In this document: in pieces, positions 1 through 12,853 of the stretch
How the letters are laid out: each line of letters starts with the position of its first letter
How positions within the stretch are numbered: position 1 is the first letter of the stretch
Source: Blepharisma stoltei ATCC 30299
Lineage: Eukaryota; Protista; Ciliophora
NCBI GenBank assembly: GCA_965603825.1
Contig: CBFDEM010000024.1
Coordinates: 310,001 to 374,000, forward strand
Direction of reading: 5' to 3'
Length of the DNA: 64,000 bases
Position numbers and translations under genes: made by a program
Notes under the pieces: generated by a model
Told to the model about the DNA's origin: nothing
What the model saw: only the letters and a program-made list of their open reading frames with translations
Database searches by the model: none

Positions 1-384
1 TGGAAGAATTCTTTGATATAGTTAGCTTTTTTCTGTTGCTCTTGATTAGAATTTCTTGTAATAATCTACTGTTCATGCAAATTTATAAAGATGAAATGTC
101 AAAACAGAATTCAAATCTTTCTAAAATCAGTGAAATAGCAGCAAACTAAATAATCTGTATTAAGTCAAAGAGGAAAAGATTTAGTATCAATCTAATTGCA
201 CATGCGTTCAAAACTCTTTGAAAAGCTGCTGCAAGCTAAAAGGATCTTCCATAAATAAATTTCTTTCCAAGCCAGCAGTCACCTTTTCATTCAAAAAATT
301 TTGTTTATAAAACATCAATTCACTTGAACAGCTTGCCACTATTTATTTATCTAATGAGAGGCCTATAAACCATATTTTATTGAG

Positions 385-627
385 ATGGTAAGACTTACTT
401 AGCCAAAAGAAGTTAAAGATATCCGAATGTTCGTGCAAATGTGCAGACCAGGAACAAACCAAAAAGCACAAGCTAAATCAGTCACTATCAAAAAGGTAGG
501 AAAAGTGACAAAATTCAAGCTTCGTTGCAATAAATATCTTTACACTTTGGTCGTCGATGATGTGCAAAAGGCAGACAAGCTCAAGCAGTCGTTGCCTCCA
601 AGCCTGAACAAAAAAGAAATTAACTAA
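385..627 (+). CDS. RPL38: 60S ribosomal protein L38 (eL38), 75 aa; one 15-nt intron 388-402 right after the ATG
   Basis: ATG(385)|gtaagacttacttag|CCA AAA GAA GTT gives MPKEVKDIRMF..., joining ORF 427-627 in frame. TKFKLRCNKYLYTLVV and KADKLKQSLPP are eL38 signatures. Confidence 0.96.
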
Positions 628-701
628 ACTGGTTTCTTAAATTATTTGCAAAATCCTAAAGATTTCCAAAGCCAATATGCTGGAAGTCCTATTGATAGAT
701 T

Positions 702-1331
702 TTATATACACTTTTTATTATGTTTATTACGAATTTTTGGATTTAATATTTGGTCCATCTCTTTCTTTATTCGCTGAGTTTTGCTGCTAAATCTCCCTAG
801 TCGAGTTTTAGTCTTTGAGTGCCAATTATCGATTTTTTCTTTTTGCATTGTACAGTCGCTGATGATATTATCTAGCCTGAAAAATAGCTCTTGTCTAGGC
901 TGTGATAAAGACACTTCTCTACTATTTGTTGGAGAGTTCTTTGGGGAGTTTGCTAGAGAGCCAGGCTGAGATTTAAAGTCTCTTATATATTGGGCCTGTT
1001 TTATATCGAAAATTTTCGCAACGTATTGGGTTGGAGTGAATTTTAGCTCAGACTTTAGTTCAGCAGGCATGTTTCTTATAAAGTTTAGTGGGCAAGTTGT
1101 ACGTGATTTTAGGAGTTTTTCACTTTTATGCTTTGGCTTTTCTAGATTATGCTTAGGAGTTGAATCTCCAGCTGGCTGAATTAAGATACTTGGGGATGTA
1201 TGCTTGTGAGAATGGTTTATTTTTATATCAAGCTCTCCCATTGTGTGCGGTGTTCGGTTAAGAAAATCCTGAGGTGAAGGGTTCCAACGGACTCGTAACT
1301 TAACTTCAGATGTTGCTGGTCTTTGCCTCAT
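702..1331 (-). CDS. Hypothetical basic, low-complexity protein, 209 aa
   Basis: Uninterrupted ATG..TAA ORF with AT-rich flanks; no recognisable domain. Confidence 0.7.
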   Translation of the reverse strand: MRQRPATSEVKLRVRWNPSPQDFLNRTPHTMGELDIKINHSHKHTSPSILIQPAGDSTPKHNLEKPKHKSEKLLKSRTTCPLNFIRNMPAELKSELKFTPTQYVAKIFDIKQAQYIRDFKSQPGSLANSPKNSPTNSREVSLSQPRQELFFRLDNIISDCTMQKEKIDNWHSKTKTRLGRFSSKTQRIKKEMDQILNPKIRNKHNKKCI

Positions 1332-1548
1332 TTTTAAATAGATTTATTATTAAGGATTTCCCACGGAATTTCTTGGTATGGCAGCTTTCAGAATTATTTC
1401 ACTCAATATGATTTATTTATTTAAGACTATATAAAATTAATTACTATTAGGAAAAACAGAGTAATTGCTTCAGAATGGAGGAAATTATAAGTACCATAAT
1501 AAACTTATAAATAAAAAAAAGCAAGATAAAATTCTCCTATAAAATATT

Positions 1549-4500
1549 ATGATGATTCTTCATTTTTTATTGCTTTTCCCAACAATTTCTGCTTCTTTGA
1601 ATTTTACTCGTCTTCCATATACGAATCCTCCTCCCCCAGCAAGATGCTATAATGCTATGGATTATGACCCAGTCACTAACTCCCTCATCATTTTTGGAGG
1701 TATTAAAAGCAACACAGAGCTTTATAGAGACATATGGCAATTTGAATTAAATACAAAGTTATGAAATATGCTTGAGACAACGTCGTCTTACTATCTAGGT
1801 ATGTTTTAATGAAGACGGAAGAAGTGGTCCAGCTGTCTTTATAGATGATGCTACACAAATGTTTTATACTTTTGGTGGACGATCCTTAAAAGGTGCTCAA
1901 AACGATCTATGAGGGTTTAATTTAAACACAATGCAAGTAATTTTTATGAAGTGAAATGAAATTAGTGTGAGTGGAGATATTCCGGCACCTAGAACTCTGC
2001 CAGCTTTTACAAAATATAAACAAAATGGAAAATTAAAATTTGCTATATACGGTGGAATTGGGCTAGATGGAGATGAAGATAGCTTAGTAATTTTGGATGT
2101 TGCTAATATGGAGTGAACACTTATGCCTGCGAGTGGAAATACTCCTGGCCGCCTTACCTCTGCATCTTTGCAATATTTCGATGGAATGCTGTATTTAGCT
2201 GGAGGAGTTGATGACTCTATTCCTATTAACTTTCGCTACAATGATGAATTTTATCAATATGATTTGACAAAAAAATATTGGAAAAAAATTGGCAATCCTA
2301 GCCATACTTACACACATAGAAGTTTAGCAGGGAGCATTGTATATGATGAAAATTTTTATTTATTTTTCGGCTGAAGTGATAAATTAGGGAGAGACGTTTC
2401 TGAAATCAGTAAGGTAAATTTAAATGACATAAATTATGAGTGAATTTCAGTTCCAGTTTTGGATAATTCCTATTCAGTTACTTTATTAAGAGATTCGTAC
2501 AGTTTTATATCAGTAAATTCTTCACTTTTTATTTTTGCAGGGTATAATATGACATCAGGAAATTTAAACGATTTAGCTCAGTTTAGTGTATCAGGATTTC
2601 CAATTACATATGATTGTTTATCAGAGCTTTACACTGGACCTTCTGCAAGGTCTCATCATGTAATGCAAGTTATCGAAGGGAATATTTACATTTTTGGTGG
2701 AGACGCAAAAGGATCCAAACTCAATGATTTATGAGTTTTTGACCCAGAAACTGAAGTTTGGGAAATTCTTTTCCCTGATGGGGATGTACCAACGCCGAGA
2801 TCACATCATTCATCAGGAGCACAAGGAAATGTTATGTATATTTTTGGCGGTATTGATCAAAGTGGCGTTTTGCTAAATGACTTATATCAATTTGATGCAA
2901 CTTCAAACGTTTGAAAAGTTATTAAATCTTCAAACTTGAACTTGCCATCAGCTCGATATTCTACTTGTGCAGTTTATTCTATTCCAATATTGTATATTTT
3001 CGGCGGAATGACGACAGCAGGAGTTTCAAATGAACTTTGAAGCTATAATTGTGGGTTGAATACTTTCTCCTTAATATCATCTGATGCTCCTTATAGACTT
3101 TATTATCCTCGATGTGCTGTTGATACGTCAGCTACCACATTTTTTGTATTAAATGGAGACGCGGAAAGACAAGAATCAATTGGTGTTTTATTTTCGTTTA
3201 ATTTTTCCAGTAAAAACTGGAAAATACTAAAACAACCAGAAACACCAAAAAGAAATAAGTCTGACGGCGTTGCAATATTAATTGGAGATTTTGTAATGTA
3301 TATTGGAGGACATCAATGAGGTACAGATCCAATTTCCTCGGTATATGCAATTGATTTATCGAATAGTTTTCAGTATATTGATTATCCTTCAACTCCTATG
3401 CACTTTATTGGGTCAGCTTTTGCGTATTATAAAACAGATCTCTATGTTCATGGAGGGGTTTCATCAACTAAATCATTTATAAGAATTTCGATCCCTGTAG
3501 TAAATTTCTATAAAATTAGCCTAAAACAATTTTGCACTAATGAATCATGCCCTGCTCCTTGCAGTCCGGGCACATATGAATCAATGAATGGTTGCAAGCC
3601 ATGTGAAAAAGGAACTTATAATCATGAGTTTGGCAAGCCAGTTTGCTATGATTGTAATCCAGGAACTTATAATCCAAATATAGGAAGTAATACAGTAAGA
3701 GAGTGTTTTCCATGCAAGGAAGGGAAATTTAATAATTTAGTTGGGCAATCTAAGTGCAAAAAATGTTCTTTAAATGACTACTGCCCAAGTGGGAGTTCAA
3801 GTCCTCAAGAATTATCAGATATTTTATCATATACTTGGCAGCAGCCCATCAACTATAAAGAGCATTCTAAAGAAGCCTCAGATATGAATAAAAAATATGT
3901 ATACACATGCATTGCTTTATTTTCAATCTTCACAGCTTTAACTGTCCTTTTACGAGGGTTTAGAAATAAACTAAAGGTCATTGATTTTTATTCAAAATAC
4001 CACAATATCGAGCATAATAGCATCTTAAAGAGCACTAAAAATAGGCTTGGAGGATACTTTACAGTAGCATTTTTTATTGGTGCTTCGTGATTTATTTATG
4101 GTAATATTTCAACATATGTTATTGATAATATTGCAGAAACCAAAGCCCTTTTACCATTGGCAGCTGTATGATATAAAGCCTCATCCTTAAATGGAAATAT
4201 TACTTTAATAGTTACACTCATACGATATGGTGGAAATTGTACCAACAATGGTACTTGTATTGAAAATCTAAAAATTGATTCAAATAAAATTTTCAATCCT
4301 TATACAAGTAAATCATGCTATATGGACACCAATAATAATTGCATAATCACTTATTTATGCAACAATTGTGAAGTCTGAACTGAGGCAGAAATTAATATTT
4401 CACTTCAGGAACCTTTGAGCTATTGTGCAGGAATTTTAGTAAATTTGACATCAACTTCATCTATACCTAATGAAATAAGTAGTGAACAAATAGGCGTTAT

Positions 4501-5053
4501 GACAGATAGCAACAAAATCTTTAGAGGGCTTGATCCAACTATATTCTATTTTATTATGACGCCTTCAATATTTCAGTCTGTATTTTCTTTATGGCCAGAT
4601 AAATTATATGGATATTATGTAGGGATCTCAGCAAATCCAGTAAAAGGATCCCAGAGTTATGCGTATGAGCTCCCATTTAGCTCAGATTTAAATATCAAAA
4701 TTGTAATGGACAAAAATGAATTCTGTTTAAATACAACAAGGAGTGCTAAACAAACAATGCTTATATTAGTCAGCGCATTGCTAGGAGCAGTTTTTGGGTG
4801 AAAAGGAGCAATGAAAGGTGCAATGCATTACTTAGAGAAATGCACTTTATTTTTTAGCAAAAAGATTCACCAAAAAATTCATTTATTAAAAATGGCTTCA
4901 GCTAATAAACATCTGATTCATATATTTAATTCAAAAATAGTAAGCAAAGAAGCCCATCCCTATAGTATCGAAGAGAGTGAAGAAAATGATGGCTTAAGAA
5001 GCATAGAATTACTTTTCGAAAGCTATTCATCTCAACATCAGCTATTTCAATAA
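1549..5053 (+). CDS. Kelch (12 repeats) + Cys-rich GCC2/GCC3 (ephrin-receptor-like) + 3-TM membrane protein, paralog 1, ~1157 aa
   Basis: Signal peptide MMILHFLLLFPTISA. Introns 1799-1814 (16 nt) and 1937-1951 (15 nt). ORF fragments at 2123, 2459, 3056, 3398, 4415 and 4811 share one frame and are separated only by TGA=Trp. Kelch motifs (PSARSHH...YIFGG...NDLW) and CxxGTY repeats; three hydrophobic segments near the C-terminus. Confidence 0.88.
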
Positions 5054-5331
5054 TTCTATTATTGAAATTTGAAAATTTTAAGAAGATTGCTTTTTTTTCT
5101 CTTATTTAATGAGTATTATAATCAGATTATCTTAATAATCTATAAATAATTAAAATCCAATTGCCTTATTTTATATAAAATAGACTTCAAATTTCACAAT
5201 TTGCTAGTTTCAAAAATAGGCTTTTTCATAGAATGCAAATGCTGAGCTGTTCTTTTATAGAGATATTCAAAGGAAAATTGCATTTATTCTCCATTAATTA
5301 TCACAAACTTTTAAATATTTATTAGCCAAGC

Positions 5332-8300
5332 ATGACCTTCTTCAATTTTCTATTGATTTCATTGGCGCTCTCTGCATATCTTAACCTCACAAGTATTCCA
5401 CTCACAAACCCTCCCCCTCCATCAAGATGTTATAATGCAATGGTTTATAATCCAATTAGCAATTCTCTGATTATTTTTGGTGGGATAGAGAGCAACACTG
5501 AGTTTTATAATGATGTTTGGCAATTTGATTTAAATGCAAATTCGTGACAAATATTAGAGCCTTCCTCGTCCAAATATCTAGGTAATTCTTATTAAGATGG
5601 AAGAAGCGGATCAGCTGTTTTTATTGATGAAGCTATGCAAATTTTTTATACTTTTGGAGGAAAATCGTTAAAAGGTGCTCAAAATGATCTTTGAGCTTTT
5701 AATTTAAGCACAATGGAGGTGAGCTTTATATAGTGAAATGAGATAATTATGAAAGGAGACATTCCATCGCCACGAACCCTTTCTGCATTTACAAAATATA
5801 GAGAAAATGGGAATTTAAAATTTGTTATATATGGAGGAGTTGGACTAAATGGTGATGAAAGCAATTTAGCAATTTTAGATGTTAATTCAATGAAATGAAG
5901 TCTAATGCCTGCAAACGGAGATGCCCCAGACCGAATTTCAGCAGCTTCTTTAGAATATTATAATGGAATGCTATACTTAGTTGGAGGTGTTGATGACTCA
6001 ATTCCAGTTGACCTGAAATATAATAGTGATTTTTATCAATACGATTTGATTAAAAATATATGAGCAAAAATAAGCAATCCACGATTTATTTACACTCATA
6101 GGAGCTTCGCAGGAAGCGCGGTATATGATGGGTATTTTTACTTCTTTTTTGGCTGAAGTGATAAATCAGGCAAAGAAATTTTTGAGACAAGCATGGTCAA
6201 TTTAAACGACCCAAATTTCCAATGATTAAATATAACCCTAGGAGACAAAGCAAGCACGAATGCTTTATATAGAGATTCTTATAGCTTTGCATCAGTGAAT
6301 TCTTCGTTTTTTATTTTTGCAGGATATAGCATGGCATCAGGAAATCTAAACGATTTGATTAAGTTTAATTTATCTGACAAAGAAATTACATATACATATC
6401 TGTCAAAACCTTATACAGGCCCATCGGCACGATCTCATCACTCTATGCAAATTATGGAAGCAAATATTTACATATTTGGCGGAGACAAAAGTGGATTTAA
6501 GCTAAACGATTTATGAAGATTTGACATTGAAACTGAGAATTGAGCGTTTCTTTATCCAAGCGGAGACATTCCCCCTGCCAGGTCACACCACTCAGCTGGT
6601 GCACAAGGAAACGCGATGTATATATTTGGCGGAATAAGTGAAAGTGGCTCTTTTCTCAATGATTTATATCAATATGATGTGACTTCAAATCTTTGAAAGC
6701 ATATTGAGCCCTCATCATTAAACACTCCATCAGCGCGATATTCTTCTTGTATAGTTTATTCAATTCCAATTCTATATATATTCGGAGGAATGACATCAAC
6801 AGGAGTTTCAAATGAACTTTGAACCTATGATTGCGGCTCGAATAAATTCACTTTAATATCAAAAAAGGCTCCTTATAGTATATATTATCCTCGATGTGCA
6901 GTTGATACTTCAGGCAGCATATTTTATGTATTAAATGGGCAAGGTGAAAGAGATGCACCAATGAGCTATATATTTTCTTTTAATTTGTCAAGCGCAGAGT
7001 GAAAAGTACTTAAAGAGCCTGATATTTTTGATAGAAACAAAGCTGATGGTATTGCTGTGTATATTGAAGACTTCGTAATATATATAGGAGGACAGCAATG
7101 AGGAACTGATCCAAAATCGTCAGCATATGCCATTGATTTATTGAATAATTTCCAATATTATGACTACCCATTATCTCCTATGCATTTTATTGGATCAGCT
7201 TTTGCATATTATAAAACAGACATTTACGTGCATGGAGGGGTGGCATCTACTGATTTAATTATAAGAAACTTAATCCCTGTCATAAATTTTTATAAAATAA
7301 GCTTGACACAATTTTGCAACCATAACTCATGTCCTGCTATTTGCAGCCCTGGAACTTATATAGCCAAAAATAGCTGCAAACCTTGTGAAAGAGGAACATA
7401 TAATCACAAATTTGGTCAAGCAGCTTGCAATGATTGTGATCTAGGAACCTATAATCCGAACATAGGAAGTAATTCAGTTAGAGAATGCTTTCCATGTAAA
7501 GCAGGCGAATTCAGTGATTTAAGAGGGCAATATAGATGCAAACTTTGTCCATTATATCATTACTGTCCAACTGGAAGCTCAAAACCATCAGATATACCAT
7601 CAAGCACAATGTATAGCTCGTTGCAGCCTCGCAGTTATACAGGAAATTCAGGAGAAGTTTCAGCACTAAACACATATTATTTGTACTCCAGCATAGGATT
7701 TTTCATAATTGTAACAATATCAATTATTATTTCTAAAGACCTAAGAAATGAGCTGAGAAAAATCGATTCATATTCAGAAAATCATAACTTAGAACTAGAG
7801 GCAGTAATGAGGAAATCAAAAAATAGGTTTGGAGGCTATTTTACTATAGGATTTATAGTGGGTGCTTTATGACTTATATATGCCAATATTGTAACATATA
7901 TTCTTGACAATGCGGTTGAAACCAAGACTTTATTACCTTTAGCTGCAGTATGAGATGAAACAAAGTCATATAGAGGGGATATTACCCTCGTGCTCACTCT
8001 TCTTAGATATGGAGGAAATTGCACAAATAATGGTGCCTGCGTTGAAAGTTTATATACTACTTCAAACCAAGTAGTAAGCTCCTCTGTTAATCAATCATGC
8101 TATATGGATCCTAATGATAATTGCATAGTGACTTTCTTTTGTAAAAACTGCGAATTCTCTACTGGAGCGGAAATTAATGTATTACTGCAAGAATCTTTGA
8201 GTTTCTGCTCAGGAATTTTGGTAAATTTAACATCAACCTCTTCTATTCCTAATGAGATCAGCAGCGAAAAAATTGGAGTCATGTCTGACCAAAATAAGAT

Positions 8301-8808
8301 TTTTAGAGGCTATAGTCCGACTACTTTTTATTTTACTATGACGCCTTCATTATTCAAATCTTCAGTTTCATCTTGGCCCAGTAAGTCAACTGGATATCAC
8401 GTTGAGATATTGTCCTCACCTTCCAAAGGATCACAGCATTATGCATATGAACTTCCTTTCAGCTCAGATTTGAACGTTAAGATTGTAATAGAAAAGAATA
8501 ATGACTGTCTGAGTACAACAAGAAATGCCAAGCATACGCTTCTTATTTTGCTGAGTGCTGTGCTAGGAGCAGTTTTTGGGTGAAAAGGAACGATGCAAGG
8601 AATAATGCAGACTATAGAAAGGAGGATATGGTATGCCCGTACAAAAATCAGTAAAGCAGTACAAATATCAAATTCAATTGCTTCAAGCAAAAATTTAGCT
8701 AATATTTTCAATTCAGAAATTATAAATAAAGATGAAATCTGTTGCAGTGTAGAAGAAAATGATAAAAACTACTTGTTGGGGAGAAAAAAGACTTGCTATC
8801 CTGAATAA
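5332..8808 (+). CDS. Kelch + Cys-rich + 3-TM membrane protein, paralog 2, ~1148 aa
   Basis: Collinear with paralog 1. Introns 5582-5596 and 5719-5733 (15 nt each) at the same positions. Fragments 6295, 7141, 7990 and 8593 are in frame via TGA=Trp. Confidence 0.88.
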
Positions 8809-9299
8809 AGTAGCTTATATAAGCTGCTTTTTGATTTTTTAATTATGAGAGAAATAATTATTTTTCCTAAGATTTAAAATAAATTATTATTCTCAACACT
8901 TATTTAAATAGAGGAAAGCTAATCATTAATAATTTCATATACAATTTTAAATAAGTTATATTGAATACGTGACTCCATTTATATAATATAATTAGCAACT
9001 TCTTCTTCGATCTAAAAATTAAATTTTTTGGCTTAATAGGCACAATTATTAAGATAAATTGCTTTTTTTATGATCATTGCTCAATTATCGTAGTAGATGC
9101 ACCTAAATAAGCTTTTTCCAAAGAAATCTATTTTGCCCTTGGGTAGTATTTCTAATTATACCATTAAACTGAAACATTTTATGGAGGTTACATCAAGCAA
9201 TAACTAAAGCATGAATTTTATAAATAATCAATTAGTTTTCTTTTCGTTTTTCGTCTCGTTTCTTATTAAAACTTCCATTCTCCATATGCTTATATAAAT

Positions 9300-12200
9300 A
9301 TGTTTAAGTTGATTTATTGACTTTTAGCAAGTGTCCTTGGCAGCTACATCGATCTTACACGAATTCCAATCACCAATCCGCCCCCTGAAGCAAGGCTATA
9401 TCAAGCAATGGACTATGACCCTAATACAAACTCATTAATAACGTTTGGAGGTGCCACAACTCCAGCAAATAAGTTTAATGATATATGGCAATACAGCTTC
9501 AACACTAGTCTCTGATCTCATCTAGAAGAAACATCCTCAGTTGCCCCAGGTATTTTATAAGAAGATGCAAGAATGAGTCCTGCAGTTTTCATTGATGAAG
9601 CGTCAGGGATCTTTTATATGTTTGGAGGATCTTCAGATTCTGGCCCTCAAAATGATTTATGGGCTTTCACCATCAGCACAATGAAAGTAACTTTCATATA
9701 GTGAAGCGCTGTAAAAACAACTGGCTCTCCAGATCCAAGAAGCTCTATGGGCTATACCAAATACTTAGACAGTTCTGGAATCCTTTATTTTGCTGTGTAT
9801 GCAGGCAAAGGCTTAGCAGGGATTCTAAATACTCTTGAAATTCTAAACACAAGCACCATGAAATGAACCCTCATGCCGAACAATGGAGACTCTCCAATTG
9901 CTTTATTTTCCCCGAATATCCAATATTACGATGGATACATTTATATTGCTGGAGGAGACGACTATATCAATAGTATTTATAATACAAATTTTTACCGGTA
10001 TGATATTGCTAATAAAAAATGAGAAGACATAACAAATCCTAGCGGAACTTATATATGCAGAAACCTAGGAAGCAGCTTTATTTATAATGGCGATTTTTAT
10101 TTAATGTATGGGTGAAGTGATGAACTGCAAGGGGATATTTCTGAGATTTCCAAAGTAAGCTTAACTGACCCAGATTTCAAATGAAGCACTGTAAGTGTAG
10201 TTAAAAACGATGACCCTGCAATAATTCCAAGAGATTCTTATGGGTTTGCGTCGGATGGCAGCGCATTTTATATATTCGGAGGCTATTGCTCTGATGGGAA
10301 CTTGAATGATGTGGTGAAATTTGATGTAGCTCAGGACTCAATTTCTTATGCAAGTTTAGCGCTTATTAATGTAAGTCCATCAGCAAGATCTTATCATACA
10401 ATGGAAGCTATTGAAGGGTTTCTCTATATTTTTGGAGGGGTTTATAAAGAAACAAGGCTTAATGATCTTTGGAAATTTGACCCTGAGACTGAAATTTGGG
10501 AGTCAATTTCTTCCAAAGGAGTAGTCCCACCTGCAAGGTCTCATCATGCATCTGGGGCTCAAGGCAATGTGATGTTTATTTTTGGAGGAATTGATATTTC
10601 CGGCCAATATTTAGACGATCTGTATCAGTTTGATGTTACTTCTAACACTTGGAAATTAATATCTCCTTCAACTACTAACATTCCTTCTGCTCGCTATGGT
10701 GCTTGCGCAGTGTACTCAATCCCAATTTTGTATATATATGGAGGCTACACCTTTTCATCAATTTCTAATGAGCTCTGGTCATATGACAGTGGATCAAACA
10801 CCTATAGTCTGCTTTCATCTGAAGCTCCATATAATTTATTTTTCCCACGATGTGCAGTTGACACCGATGGAACGAGCCTAATTGTGATGGGAGGAAAAAC
10901 TGATGGAGACATGCCAGTCAGCAACATTTTTTCTTATTCAATAAGTAAAAATACTTGGAAAACATTAAAAGTTCCTGAAGATTGGTTTCGAAATATGGGG
11001 GAAGGAGTTGTTGTTTATATAAGAGATTTCATTATATTTCTAGCAGGAGAGCAATGGGGGACTGATATAAAGGATTATGTGTATGCAATTGACATTGCGA
11101 ATAATTACACTTATATCGATTATCCTCCTACTCCTGTTCATATTTTTAGTGCTGCCTATGCTTATTATAAAACTGACATATATATTCATGGGGGAGGCCT
11201 TGCTACAGGAATTTTTATGAGAAATTCTGTGCCTGTCAGCACTTTTTATAAAGTTAAAGTGGCGCAGTTTTGCAACCAAACATCTTGCCCTGCAATTTGC
11301 AGTCCGGGTTCCTATATAAGCAATGGTGGATGTGCAGCTTGCCCTGTTGGAAGCTATAATTATGAATTTGGCCAAAGCACATGCACTGAATGTCCTGAAG
11401 GAACCTACAACCCAAGCATAGGCTGCAATAACAGAAGAGAATGTTTTCCATGTCCAGAAGGAGAATACAATAATCTTATAGGCCAATCTCTGTGCAAAAA
11501 ATGTCCTATTCATTACTTCTGCCCAACAGGAAGTTCAGAGCCATCAGAAAGCTCAGCTGTAATTTTGTCCACCTCAACACAGCCTAAAACTTACGAGTCA
11601 GACTCTTCTGAAGTCGATACAATCAACAACAACTACTTATACAGCTGCTTAGCCCTCTTTGGACTTATCACAACCTTAGTAATCTGATCAAAAGATTTTC
11701 GCAATAAATTAAGAGGCTTTGACGAGTTCGATGAAAAACATAATATAGGACAAGATATTGTGCTGAGAAAATCCAAAAATCGATTTGGTGGCTATTTCAC
11801 TATTGGGTATATTATTGGTGCTTCCTGATTTATATTTGCTAATATATCAAATTTTGTGTGAAATAACGTGAGTGAGACGAAGGCTTTGTTGCCATTAGTG
11901 GCTGTTGAGGACCAAGTAATAAGTTTTCTGGGTGATGTCACACTGGTTTCTTCATTTATTAGATATGGAGGGAAGTGCGCTAGTGACGAGGATGGGGCTT
12001 GCTTGTCTGAAGTAAAGGTCTCGACGACTAATATAAAATCAAAAGGAAATTCTGTAACCTGTGTCATGGATAAAAGTAATAATTGCATTATTACTTTTAC
12101 TTGTGATGACTGCGAAATCTTAACTGGTGCTGAAGTGAACTTTGCTTTAGCTGAGTCTTTGAGCTTTGCTTCAGCGATTTTAGTTAATGTGACTTCATCT

Positions 12201-12776
12201 TCTTCTATTCCTGGAGCAATTAGTAATGAAGAAATTGGCCTTTCATCTTCTACAAATAAAGTACTTAGAGGGTATGATCCATCCGTTTTTTATTTTTCAA
12301 TGGTTCCATCACTATTCAGATCAGAAGTATCTAATTGGCCAAGCAATTTAACTGGTTACCATGTAGAAATCACTGAAAACCCTACTCGTGGCTCTGAGTA
12401 TTATACATATGAGCTGCCTTTCAGCTCAAATCTGAATTTAAGAGTTGTGCTAAATAAAAGCACAAATTGCTTAAGTACTGTTCGAAGTGCTAATCAAACT
12501 TGGTTGGTACTACTAAGTGCTTTACTGGGCGCTGTTTTTGGGTGAAAAGATACAGTGCAAGGGATAATGAGCGCTATTGAGAAAAAACTTGTTTATGCCA
12601 AGGAAAAAATTGGCAAAAAACTAGAATTTGCTAAAAGAGCCCTTAAAACAAAGCATCTTGCTGATATCTTTGATTTGAGAAGAAGCAAAAAACTTGAGCC
12701 AGCCTTTAATTTAGATGAGTTAGATAAATCAGCAGTGCATGGAAAAACGTATGATAAGATACACACAGAAAGATAA
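9300..12776 (+). CDS. Kelch + Cys-rich + 3-TM membrane protein, paralog 3, ~1148 aa
   Basis: ATG 9300 gives MFKLIYWLLASVLGSYIDLTRIPITNPPPEAR (W=TGA). Introns 9550-9564 and 9687-9701. Fragments 10302, 11868 and 12555 are in frame. Confidence 0.88.
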
Positions 12777-12853
12777 TTTAAAAAATATATGTATTTTTCG
12801 CATAAGCTCGTACCTTCAATCGTGCAAAAGCAATTTGTTTTATAGTAATTAAT

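Noticed and set aside
1-300. Possible gene end at the window start (plus frame 3 open to TAA at 147-149) or a short minus-strand ORF from 252
   Set aside because: Too short and without recognisable motifs; cannot be supported.
1549-12776. Fragmented ORFs suggesting pseudogenes or a prokaryote-like operon of small genes
   Set aside because: All breaks are TGA at Trp positions or 15/16-nt introns, and the frames are continuous in all three paralogs.
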